Source: a virus (taxonomy: Duplodnaviria; Caudoviricetes). Taken from it: 62,939 bases of DNA. Shown here piece after piece: positions 1-8,654 of the stretch (positions are counted from its first letter, which is position 1; every line of letters starts with the position of its first letter). The stretch is taken from the IMG/VR virus record IMGVR_UViG_3300005573_000097, positions 1-62,939 of that record. The stretch is one strand, 5' to 3'. Under the pieces are notes generated by a model that was not told the origin of the DNA, did no database searches, and saw only the letters and a program-made list of their open reading frames with translations. A program made the translations under genes and the position numbers.

Positions 1-102
1 ATTGAAAAATACAACCATATATATATGGGAAAATTTGCCGGCAAAACATAAACTTTTCTTTTCTCCTCCTGACTCTTTCTTGAAAAAATTTGAGAAATAA
101 AT

Positions 103-131
103 TTGACATTCTTTCCTAATTTTGGTACAAT
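103..131 (+). promoter_or_regulatory. sigma70-type promoter with extended -10
   Basis: TTGACA(103-108), 17 bp spacer containing TG at 123-124, TACAAT(126-131). Confidence 0.75.
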
Positions 132-211
132 TTTAAAAGTGAAGGTTCAATTATCAATTTTTATTCTTAAGAGAGGAGGTGAAAAAAAATAAAGAAACTC
201 AAAAAAAGTTG

Positions 212-240
212 TTGACAATTTCATTAGGATCGTGTACAAT
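212..240 (+). promoter_or_regulatory. sigma70-type promoter (tandem) for the 349..705 gene
   Basis: TTGACA(212-217), 17 bp, TACAAT(235-240). Confidence 0.75.
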
Positions 241-348
241 ATTTTTAGAAGTTGAGATTGAAGGACATCGCAATTTTGTAAGATGTTCCAGAAGGTAAAA
301 AACTAATCCGATTCTCATGAGAGAATCAAAATAAGAAAGGAAAAAGCA

Positions 349-705
349 ATGACTACTCAAAATTTCGAGGTCAAAACGGAAGTAGGCAAGGATTCTCAAG
401 GCAACCCAATCTACAAAACTGGTTCCGCTTCTTTTGTTCAACTCGATACGGTCGATGAGCTAATCGATGTCTTGCAGTCCAACCCTGAGCAGGCAAAGAA
501 GATTTTGGCAGATGTAAATAGGCAGAGGAAGACAGATGCAGGGAACCAAGCCCGATCAGCACTGAAGGCAAAAGATTCGGAAGCGGCAATAAAAAAGACG
601 TTCGTAGCCGAATTCGAAAACATGCTCACAGCGAAAGGCTTGAAATTAACAGATTTAGTCGGGAGAAGCGCTGAGGATATTGCTACTTTGCTGAAAAAGG
701 ATTGA
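349..705 (+). CDS. hypothetical protein, probably a highly expressed early gene
   Basis: 118-aa ORF with AAGGA RBS, two strong promoters upstream and a terminator downstream; weak similarity to 45492..45770 and 62051..62743. Confidence 0.8.
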   Translation: MTTQNFEVKTEVGKDSQGNPIYKTGSASFVQLDTVDELIDVLQSNPEQAKKILADVNRQRKTDAGNQARSALKAKDSEAAIKKTFVAEFENMLTAKGLKLTDLVGRSAEDIATLLKKD

Positions 706-720
706 GGGAATCAGCTTTTC

Positions 721-757
721 AAAAGGCTCATGGTAGAAATGCCATGAGCCTTTTTTT
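721..757 (+). terminator. rho-independent terminator
   Basis: AAAAGGCTCATGG-tagaaatg-CCATGAGCCTTTT hairpin followed by a T run. Confidence 0.9.
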
Positions 758-1512
758 ATTTTTCCCTCCTTAAATCAAGCTTCTTTCAGTCCGTCTCAAG
801 CAAGTTTAGTTAGTACTCATTCATCCTGAGAAAGTTTTTCAAAGTTCTGTCGGGAACCACCCGTCTCTACGAAAATTACCACGGAATTCCGTCCCTAAAT
901 CGATTATAGGGCACTTTTCCCCTTCCTACGTATACTTGCCTTGCCTCACTTTTTGCCCGCCTGTTGCCCGTCTCAGACACATTTCCTGGCTTTGTCTTCT
1001 ATCTCATTGTTTTCATTGCTTTTTCTGGCCTCCCTAAAACTTCAGTATTATATACTTTTCTTTCCTTTTATCTCTTTCACTCCATAACTCATCATTACCT
1101 TTCTTCATCTTTTTTGACTTTCTTTCTTGATTCTTTCAGCCCATCTTGCCTCTTCTCATTTTGAGACTTCCCTTTCCTGACTGTCTCTCAGATGGCGCCA
1201 TCATTGAATCGTTGCAATTTTAGAATCTTTATGGATATCCATTCTGACTCCCTAGAGATTCTCTATGGACTTCCAAGCATGTGTCTTGCTATAGTCTCAG
1301 AATTCTGAGATTCTGGCGGGAAAGCCGCATGAATACTGACTTTCTGCAAGATTTCTCGATCCTGACCCTGAGCGGCACCCTTACAAAATTAATTCAAAAT
1401 TCAAACTAGCTTCTCCCGCAGCTAGAAACTTTAAGTTTTCCTAAGAAACATAAAATTTTAGCTTCAACAGCACACTCAGATGCTAATTTCTTCTCTCCAA
1501 CATAAAATCACA

Positions 1513-1541
1513 TTGACACCACCTTTCAGAGCAGTTATACT
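1513..1541 (+). promoter_or_regulatory. sigma70-type promoter upstream of the packaging genes
   Basis: TTGACA(1513-1518), 17 bp, TATACT(1536-1541). Confidence 0.65.
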
Positions 1542-1661
1542 TTAAGCAGTAACAAGAACTAAGAGCTTAGAGAGATGCAACCACCAAAAGAAAATTAGAT
1601 ATGGCAACAAATGATTTGAAACTCTTAATTGAATCATTAAACTCCACTGAAAGAATCTATC

Positions 1662-2132
1662 ATGGAAAAACAAAAAAAGTTATCTCCAAAAGCCATGTGG
1701 GTTGCCCGAATGAAAGTTCTCAATCATCCAGATTGGATGATTCTAGAAGAGCTCCAGATAGAAGAAGAAACTCTCCAGAGTTGTCTTCAGGAAAACGGCT
1801 TTCAAGACTATTTAAAATCATGTGAAGAGGAAGCCCTTTCTGGCATCCTATCTCGATGCGCAGACGCCAAAGACATCTTAGCAACCTCCTCATCAATGGC
1901 AGCTCTCATCTGTGCTAAAGCCGCCATATCTGGTCGAGTTGGCCTTGAGCAACTCTCTCCAGCAACCCAACTAAAAGCAGCCCAAGATATCCTAGATAGG
2001 ACTGGTCATTCCTCAAAAGGAGCCAACCATCTAGTAGTTGTCGGAGACGTTGAATCTCTTGTAGAAATTTATGAAAAGAGAAAAAATCTTGAGATGGAAA
2101 AATCAAAAAAACTAATCGAAACAACAAACTAG
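1662..2132 (+). CDS. putative terminase small subunit
   Basis: Directly upstream of TerL; QLKAAQDILDRTGH resembles the helical oligomerisation segment of small terminases. Confidence 0.6.
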   Translation: MEKQKKLSPKAMWVARMKVLNHPDWMILEELQIEEETLQSCLQENGFQDYLKSCEEEALSGILSRCADAKDILATSSSMAALICAKAAISGRVGLEQLSPATQLKAAQDILDRTGHSSKGANHLVVVGDVESLVEIYEKRKNLEMEKSKKLIETTN

Positions 2133-2263
2133 AACCTGAAAGATTTAAATTCTCAATTTTCAAAAATGGTTAACTTCAGAAACAGACAATCCTTTGATTG
2201 ACAGTTCTCTATTATTATAAGTTTTTACTGTGAAGTCATTCATGTAAGAACAGAAAATAAAAA

Positions 2264-3952
2264 ATGAAAAGTTGCTATTCAGAAAAAGAAGAAAAAAGAA
2301 TTCTTTCCTTAGAAGATTGGAGAAACCAAGTAGGGTTAAATTCCCATCTAGGGTATCCCTCTGAAAGGAAACAAGATCTTGAAAGTCTCCAAGCCGAATA
2401 TCTCCTTGAAGAATCAATTAAGAAGTTGAGAAGAGATTCAAGTTCTGCCGAAGATGAGATTAAGAAACAAAAATCATTTGAAGCCATCTCCTTCTATGCA
2501 GAACGGCCAGAAGCCTTTTGTGAGGACTTCATCGGAGTCTCCCTTGATGATTGGCAGAAGAAAGCCTTCGATGCTCTCCTTCAACATCGATACATTGCCA
2601 TCAGATCAGGTTCTGGAGTTGGAAAAACAGCTTTCATCTCTTTAGCCCTAATCTGGTTTTTGACCACCCATCCAATGTCAAAAGTACCAGCTACGGCCCC
2701 CAGCCAGCATCAACTTTTTGACCTCCTTTGGTCAGAATGTTTCCGCTGGATTCAAAGATCTAAATATCTTCAGAAGACTCTTGATTGGACAGCCCAAAGA
2801 ATAGCAGTTAAAGGATATGAGCCAACTTGGTATGCTGTGGCTCGAACAGCAACAACTTCTCCTGATGGGGCAGTTTCCGAAGGTTTATCTGGTTTCCATT
2901 CAGAAGATAACCTTTTATTTATCATTGATGAATGTTCGGGCGTACCCGAATCAATCATCCCTGCATTTGAAGGGGCTCTCTCCGGTCAGAATAGTTATGC
3001 TATCTTAACATCAAATCCAACCAGAAGACAAGGTTACTTTTTTGACGTCTTTCATCTACCAAAGACTGGAAATCGCTATTTCAAAATGCACGTTTCCTGT
3101 CTTGATACTAAAAGAGTCTCCCAGCAATATATTGACATGATGAAAGAAAGATATGGAGAAGATCATCCAATTTATCGAATCAAGGTTCTCGGTGAATTTG
3201 CTGAAGCCTCCGATGATCTCTTATTTCCTCCTGATTTTGTAGACTCAATGTTAAATTCAAAGAAAGACGAGATTCAATCACCAAAATGTCCAATTCAGAT
3301 CGGAGTTGACATTGGGCGAACTTCATCAGTCAGTTTCGCTACCATAAGACAGGGAACCAATATTCTTTCCTTTCAGCAGCACAAGAGAAATAAGGGCTCA
3401 ATTAAAGATACAGTAGAAACAGCCAATTGGGTTGAATCCCTCATCAATGATTGGAATCCCTCCATTGTGAGACTTGATGGGACAGGCATCGGAGCAGGAG
3501 TATGTGATATTTTAAAGCGTAAGTTTGGTGACAAAATCTACGCTTTTATTGGTGCCGCATCAGCAATAGAAAATCATCTTTATCTCAACCTTAGAGCGGA
3601 AGGCTATTGGATTCTTAGACAGAAACTTCCATCAATTTGGTCAGCTAGTTGGCCAGAAAAACTAATTCAACAAATCTCTGATATTAGAAAAAAGGATAGT
3701 AGTAATAAAAAGATTCAAATTGAGTCAAAAGAAGAGATGATGGATCGGGCTATGAAATCTCCTGATGAATTAGACTCTATGATGTATGCCTTTGCAGATA
3801 ATACGGATCTAGAAATTAAGAGTGTATCCCCATTGTCGACAGCCCTCATCTCACTCAACAATGAGTTTCACCATGAATCAACCTGGAGCAGTTCATCAAA
3901 TATTTTTTCTATGAATTCAAGAAGGCACAGATTTTCTCATAGTTTAAACTAG
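2264..3952 (+). CDS. terL: terminase large subunit
   Basis: Walker A RSGSGVGKT, Walker B LFIIDE, TSNP coupling motif, nuclease motifs GVDIG and SPDELDS. Confidence 0.93.
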   Translation: MKSCYSEKEEKRILSLEDWRNQVGLNSHLGYPSERKQDLESLQAEYLLEESIKKLRRDSSSAEDEIKKQKSFEAISFYAERPEAFCEDFIGVSLDDWQKKAFDALLQHRYIAIRSGSGVGKTAFISLALIWFLTTHPMSKVPATAPSQHQLFDLLWSECFRWIQRSKYLQKTLDWTAQRIAVKGYEPTWYAVARTATTSPDGAVSEGLSGFHSEDNLLFIIDECSGVPESIIPAFEGALSGQNSYAILTSNPTRRQGYFFDVFHLPKTGNRYFKMHVSCLDTKRVSQQYIDMMKERYGEDHPIYRIKVLGEFAEASDDLLFPPDFVDSMLNSKKDEIQSPKCPIQIGVDIGRTSSVSFATIRQGTNILSFQQHKRNKGSIKDTVETANWVESLINDWNPSIVRLDGTGIGAGVCDILKRKFGDKIYAFIGAASAIENHLYLNLRAEGYWILRQKLPSIWSASWPEKLIQQISDIRKKDSSNKKIQIESKEEMMDRAMKSPDELDSMMYAFADNTDLEIKSVSPLSTALISLNNEFHHESTWSSSSNIFSMNSRRHRFSHSLN

Positions 3953-4006
3953 TTAACTCTCAGATACATTATAAAAGAAGCTACCTGAGAGTTGTTTTAA
4001 AAGAAA

Positions 4007-4813
4007 ATGAATTTTCCACAGAAATTAAAAGATCAGAAGAATTGGATCATTCATTTCAATAAAAAGCCGAAGGTGGCTGACCGATGTAACAAAATGGCAT
4101 CGACCACAGACCCTTCAACATGGAGATCCTATGAAGAGGCAGTTGAAGCCTGGAAGAGAAATAGATGTATTGGGGCCGGCCTTGGATTTGTTTTCTCTTC
4201 AGAAGATGATTTTGTTGGAATTGACCTCGATCATTGTGTAAAAGATGGATTGATAGAGAAATGGGCAGAACAGATTATCTACAAATTAAATTCCTATACG
4301 GAGTATTCTTATTCTGGCTCTGGTTTCCATATAATTCTTGAAGCAAAGAGGTTTGGCTCTGGAAAGAAAAATAATAAGGGATTAGAGATCTATTTTTCGA
4401 ATAGCTTTTTTGCAATGACTGGAAATTGTTTTGATAAGGTTTCCAAAAATATTGAAAATCGAGAAAAAGAATTAGATGATTTAATTAACGAATACAATCT
4501 CAGGAAACCACCAATACAAAAAATTAAAGCTACAAATAGACCAGTACTAACAGATGCACAAATTTTAGCAAAAGCATCTAAAGCAAAAAATGGCAAGAAA
4601 TTTATGTCTCTTTGGAATGGAGATTATTCTAATTATAAAAGTTCATCTGAAGCAGATCTTGCCCTTTGTAAAATTCTTGCATTCTGGTCAAATGGTAATT
4701 TTGAACAAGTTGATAGATTGTTTAGACAATCAAAATTAATGAATGAATTTTGGGATTCCAACAGAGGTTGTGAAACCTATGGAATACAAACAATAAAGAA
4801 AATACTTGGTTGA
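4007..4813 (+). CDS. NrS-1-type primase-polymerase (AEP catalytic domain + helical bundle, no helicase)
   Basis: ASTTDPSTW, GLGFV, GIDLDHC (DxD), YTEYSYSGSGFHI; C-terminal SEADLALCKILAFW...VDRLFRQSKL bundle. Confidence 0.85.
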   Translation: MNFPQKLKDQKNWIIHFNKKPKVADRCNKMASTTDPSTWRSYEEAVEAWKRNRCIGAGLGFVFSSEDDFVGIDLDHCVKDGLIEKWAEQIIYKLNSYTEYSYSGSGFHIILEAKRFGSGKKNNKGLEIYFSNSFFAMTGNCFDKVSKNIENREKELDDLINEYNLRKPPIQKIKATNRPVLTDAQILAKASKAKNGKKFMSLWNGDYSNYKSSSEADLALCKILAFWSNGNFEQVDRLFRQSKLMNEFWDSNRGCETYGIQTIKKILG

Positions 4814-4898
4814 AAAACGCGGGCGCGTGTACTGCCTTTGTCTTTGTTTTTTGTCTTTGTCTTTGTCTTTGTTTTTGTCTTTGTCTTTATTTATCGAA
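4806..4898 (+). repeat. dispersed element copy 1: TTGGTTGAA-CGCG..CGTGTACTGCC-(TTTGTC/TTTGTT)n-TTTATTTATCGAA
   Basis: Also present at 9491..9546 (+) and 53953..54005 (-). Confidence 0.85.
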
Positions 4899-4917
4899 GT
4901 GGTTGGGCGTTAAGCAC

Positions 4918-5077
4918 TCAATAGAGTGTTTGCCTGAGAATCTCAGCTATGGAAGTGTCAATTATCGAAGCGCAGAGTAAAAAATGAGAAAAACATTTCA
5001 ATATTGAACCATAATAAATAGATCGAAGCCAAGTGCAATCAATAAAGTGTTTGCCTGAGAATCTCAGCCGTGGAAAC
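4918..5077 (+). repeat. 37-bp direct repeat pair with the internal palindrome CTGAGA-A-TCTCAG
   Basis: 4918..4954 and 5039..5075, 3 mismatches, period 121 bp. Confidence 0.85.
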
Positions 5078-5137
5078 GAAAGAAGAACTCTTCATCTTTT
5101 AATCTTTTAGTGAAGATAACTGAGAAGAAGCTATAAA

Positions 5138-5569
5138 ATGTTTATCAAAGTAAATCTTAAAGATCTTAAATATAAAAATGAAAAAAGATATTATTGCGAA
5201 AATTGCAATGATGTAGTTGTTGGAATAGTTAAGAATAAATATATTCATAGAGGTTTACATTCTTTAGTCTATTGTGAAATTTGTAATAATTTTTTACAAT
5301 ATCTGAAAGCAAATCCTAGAAACAGTGTTTTAATAAATGATTACTTTAAGTTAAATTTTGGAAAACATAAAGGTAAGACAATAACAGAAATTGTGAATAT
5401 TGATGAAGACTACGCTAATTGGTTTATCAATAATAAATTTAAATCTAAAGCAAAAAATAAAAAGGCAGAATTAGATTCATTAGCTTTAGTCGAACGATTT
5501 AAAGAAGCTCTATCTCTCAAAAAAGAAGTAGATAAACTCCTTTATCAAACTCTTTATAACAATTTATAA
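5138..5569 (+). CDS. Zn-ribbon + DUF3820/ExoX-C-terminal-like domain protein
   Basis: CENC...CEIC pairs; FGKHKGKTITEI...DEDYANW motif. Confidence 0.6.
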   Translation: MFIKVNLKDLKYKNEKRYYCENCNDVVVGIVKNKYIHRGLHSLVYCEICNNFLQYLKANPRNSVLINDYFKLNFGKHKGKTITEIVNIDEDYANWFINNKFKSKAKNKKAELDSLALVERFKEALSLKKEVDKLLYQTLYNNL

Positions 5570-5577
5570 AAATAAAT

Positions 5578-6780
5578 ATGCCAAATCAAATATTAGCTGA
5601 AATAGGTAAATCAGGTATTCGATGGAATTCAGGATATCTTTATGATGAGTTCCTCCCTCAACTTCAGGGCCGAAGAGGAATTCAAATCTATCGAGAGATG
5701 TCTGAAAATGATTCCATCATTGGAGCTTGTCTCTATGCCATTGAACAAACTATGCGAGAGATGAGATGGTCAGTAATGACTCCTAAAGGAAGCTCTGGTG
5801 AACAACTTACATCTTTTCTCTCCGAAAATATGAAGGGTATGACTCATTCTTGGAATGATATGGTAGGAGATATCCTATCTATGCTTCGCTATGGATGGGC
5901 TTACTTTGAGATTGTCTATCGAAGAGATAGAAAAGGTAGAATTCTTTGGCATAAAATTGCTTTAAGAAAACAAGATTCTATGGATAGGTGGGAATTGGAT
6001 GATAATGGTTCCATTCTTGGTATGGTACAAAATCCAGCACCATCCTATCAATATTTATTTATTCCTATTCAGAAAGCTCTTCTATTTCGTACAAAGTTGG
6101 ATGCTGACAATCCAGAAGGAAAATCAATTTTAAGAACAGCTTATCATGATTGGTACTATAAGAAAAATCTTGAAGAGATTGAGGCTATTGGATGTGAAAG
6201 GGATTTAGCTGGAATTCCAATCCTAACTCTTCCTGATAATTTTAATTTTGATGGGGAAATGGAAAAGCAACAATTGGATGCTGCAAAGAGATTGGTTGCT
6301 AATCTTCGTCGAGATGAGCAGGATGGAGTTGTTTTACCATTTGGCTGGAAATTGGAGCTTCTTTCATCTCCAGGAAAGAGACAATTTAATACAACTGAGA
6401 TTATCAATCGTTATAACAAGAGTATCGCTTCATCTGTTTTAGCTGAATTTATTCTTCTTGGCATGGAAAGAACAGGATCTTACGCCCTCTCCAAGGATCT
6501 AACCGACATGTTCTTTCTTTGCCTTGAAGGATGGGCAGATTCAATTTGTTCTGTTTTCAATCGTTTTGCAATACCATCTCTTTTTCGACTTAATGGTATA
6601 ACTGAAAAGAATCTTCCATATATTGTTCATACTAGACTTTCAAAACCTGATTTGAATACATTATCTAATTTTGTATCAAAATTGGCACCTGGAATATCTG
6701 CCTTGGACATTGATGAAAATGTAAAAAGATATCTTAAAAATGTTGCTAGATTATCTGAATATACGGAAAATCCAGAATGA
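5578..6780 (+). CDS. portal protein (DUF935/Mu gp29-like)
   Basis: 400 aa; DNPEGKSILR, ERDLAGIP and TGSYAL motifs; position after the terminase. Confidence 0.88.
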   Translation: MPNQILAEIGKSGIRWNSGYLYDEFLPQLQGRRGIQIYREMSENDSIIGACLYAIEQTMREMRWSVMTPKGSSGEQLTSFLSENMKGMTHSWNDMVGDILSMLRYGWAYFEIVYRRDRKGRILWHKIALRKQDSMDRWELDDNGSILGMVQNPAPSYQYLFIPIQKALLFRTKLDADNPEGKSILRTAYHDWYYKKNLEEIEAIGCERDLAGIPILTLPDNFNFDGEMEKQQLDAAKRLVANLRRDEQDGVVLPFGWKLELLSSPGKRQFNTTEIINRYNKSIASSVLAEFILLGMERTGSYALSKDLTDMFFLCLEGWADSICSVFNRFAIPSLFRLNGITEKNLPYIVHTRLSKPDLNTLSNFVSKLAPGISALDIDENVKRYLKNVARLSEYTENPE

Positions 6781-7055
6781 AACTTCCTAGATGGATTTCT
6801 TCTAAAATAAATAAAACAGGAATTTCAGTATCTTTTGATAAGGAGTCTCTCATGCAAGATTGGATGATCTCTCTTCTAATTCCTATTGTTGAAAGAATAA
6901 TTAATACCGTTTCTCCTCAAATTCGTCAAATGCTTTCAGACTCCCTGATTAAACTTTGGGAAGAGGCTGAGAAGACAAGTAATCCTTGGGATAATATTGT
7001 AGTTGGACTATTAATGTCACTGGTTGGATTATCTACACCGAAGAAAGGAGAATGA
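6777..7055 (+). CDS. small hypothetical protein
   Basis: Translationally coupled ORF (ATGA overlaps); KTSNPWDN followed by a hydrophobic tail. Confidence 0.6.
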   Translation: MKLPRWISSKINKTGISVSFDKESLMQDWMISLLIPIVERIINTVSPQIRQMLSDSLIKLWEEAEKTSNPWDNIVVGLLMSLVGLSTPKKGE

Positions 7056-7669
7056 AGATGCCCGATAAGATAAAGCAAGGTGAAGACGGGTCTGATTATG
7101 AATCCTGTCTTCTAAACTTCTCTGGTGATGGAGATAAATATGCAATTTGTATGGCATCTTATAAACGACATCATGAGAAAAATTCCAATGGAGATTGGGT
7201 TAGAAAGCCTGGGCATACTAAAGATAAGGATGGTTCTTGGCTAATTAATGGAAAGATGCAAAAAGATCTTGAAGAATCCCCTTCTTTTCAAATGTTCAAG
7301 GAAGATAAATCTCGTAACATTATCTATGGTGTTGTTGCTTCTCCTGATGAAGTAGATGCTCATGATGAATATATGACAAAAGATGATATTCTTGATGCTA
7401 TGCATGACTATATGATTAATTATCGAAATATTAAATTAAGTCATGGTAATATAAAAACTCAAACAGGTACTCTTTGTAAGGATGTGAAAATTGTTGAATG
7501 TTATTCTGCACCTTGTGATTTTATTGCTCCTGATGGTCAATTAGTTAAAGAAGGGAGCTGGGTAATGGGAGTTAAGATTCTCAATAAAGAAATTTTAGAA
7601 GCTACTCAATCAGGAGACTTCTTTATAGGATTTAGTATTGGTGGTATGAAAGAGATTATTGAAGATTAA
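7052..7669 (+). CDS. XkdF-like prohead serine protease
   Basis: IIYGVVASPDEVDAH, H, VECY, GSWVMG and GFSIGG motifs. Confidence 0.8.
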   Translation: MKMPDKIKQGEDGSDYESCLLNFSGDGDKYAICMASYKRHHEKNSNGDWVRKPGHTKDKDGSWLINGKMQKDLEESPSFQMFKEDKSRNIIYGVVASPDEVDAHDEYMTKDDILDAMHDYMINYRNIKLSHGNIKTQTGTLCKDVKIVECYSAPCDFIAPDGQLVKEGSWVMGVKILNKEILEATQSGDFFIGFSIGGMKEIIED

Positions 7670-7680
7670 AAGGAGTTTTA

Positions 7681-8313
7681 ATGTTTTCTAATCAAATTCA
7701 GGATCGCAAAACATATTGGGAAAAGAGATATTCAAAACAAGGTAAAAGAACTGTGGGAAATAATTGTCTTTCTGAAGATGAATTTCTCAATTCTACAATG
7801 CAGATTGAATCTTTCATGTCCAATACATTTAAAAATTGTTTTGGATATAAGAGAGTTTTAGATTTTGGTTGTGGTTATGGCCGTATCTCTAAAATGTTAA
7901 TTAAATTTTGTTCTGAGCTTTATGGTGTTGACTTAGCATCTTGGCCAATAGAACAAGCAAAGAAGTTGGTTTCTGCTGGAAATTTTCAGACTTATGATGG
8001 GCAACATCTTCCTTTTAAAGATAAGTTCTTTGGTGGATTTATTACTTGGACAGTTTTACAACACATTCATCCAGATTTAATTTTCCTCATTTGTAAAGAG
8101 CTTGATCGTATAACTGATATTGGTAGTAAAATAATTCTTTATGAAAATACGACTCCCTGGATAGAGGATTCAGATTATACTTGGTATAGATCCTCTGATG
8201 ATTATAAAAATCTTTTTCCAAATTACTCTGAAATTTCAAAAAGTGATATTGATTGGTTTGATGGATCTTCAAAGGAAATTCATACTTTGTTGGTTATGCA
8301 AAAGGTGAAATAA
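7681..8313 (+). CDS. class I SAM-dependent methyltransferase
   Basis: VLDFGCGYGR motif I, GVD, VLQHI. Confidence 0.85.
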   Translation: MFSNQIQDRKTYWEKRYSKQGKRTVGNNCLSEDEFLNSTMQIESFMSNTFKNCFGYKRVLDFGCGYGRISKMLIKFCSELYGVDLASWPIEQAKKLVSAGNFQTYDGQHLPFKDKFFGGFITWTVLQHIHPDLIFLICKELDRITDIGSKIILYENTTPWIEDSDYTWYRSSDDYKNLFPNYSEISKSDIDWFDGSSKEIHTLLVMQKVK

Positions 8314-8654
8314 TGAGTCATAAAATTGAAGATATTGCTAGAATGTGTCATCAAATAAATAAATCTTATTGTGAAGCTATTGGAGATTATTCTCAAGTAG
8401 ATTGGGAGAATGCTCCTGAATGGCAAAAACAATCATAGATGCATTTAGAAAATCCAGATGCACTTCTTAGTATGTCACATGATTGTTGGACGGAAGAAAA
8501 ATTAAATACAGGTTGGAAATATGGCCCTGTTGAAGATTTAAATAAAAAAGAACATTTTGAGAAATTGCCTCAAGTTAAAGATTTTTATTTAAAACAGTTG
8601 AACTCTCGAGGTTATAATGGTAATCATTGTATCAAGTCTAGGACCTATCAATAA
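8313..8654 (+). pseudogene. RyR-domain phage protein, disrupted
   Basis: ATG 8313 reads MSHKIEDIARMCHQINKSYCEAIGD...WENAPEWQKQS, in-frame TAG at 8436-8438, then MHLENPDA...SHDCW...GWKYGP; apparent short deletions. Confidence 0.7.

Noticed and set aside
964-1164. Hydrophobic 66-aa ORF
   Set aside because: TTG start without an RBS; a product of the pyrimidine-rich non-coding tract
4918-5077. Bona fide CRISPR array
   Set aside because: Only two repeats, a gap much longer than a spacer, and no cas operon
8436-8438. Genome-wide TAG recoding (genetic code 15)
   Set aside because: Long genes are intact under the standard code, and several (terS, terL, DUF5675, rnhA) end plausibly at TAG; no suppressor tRNA was seen
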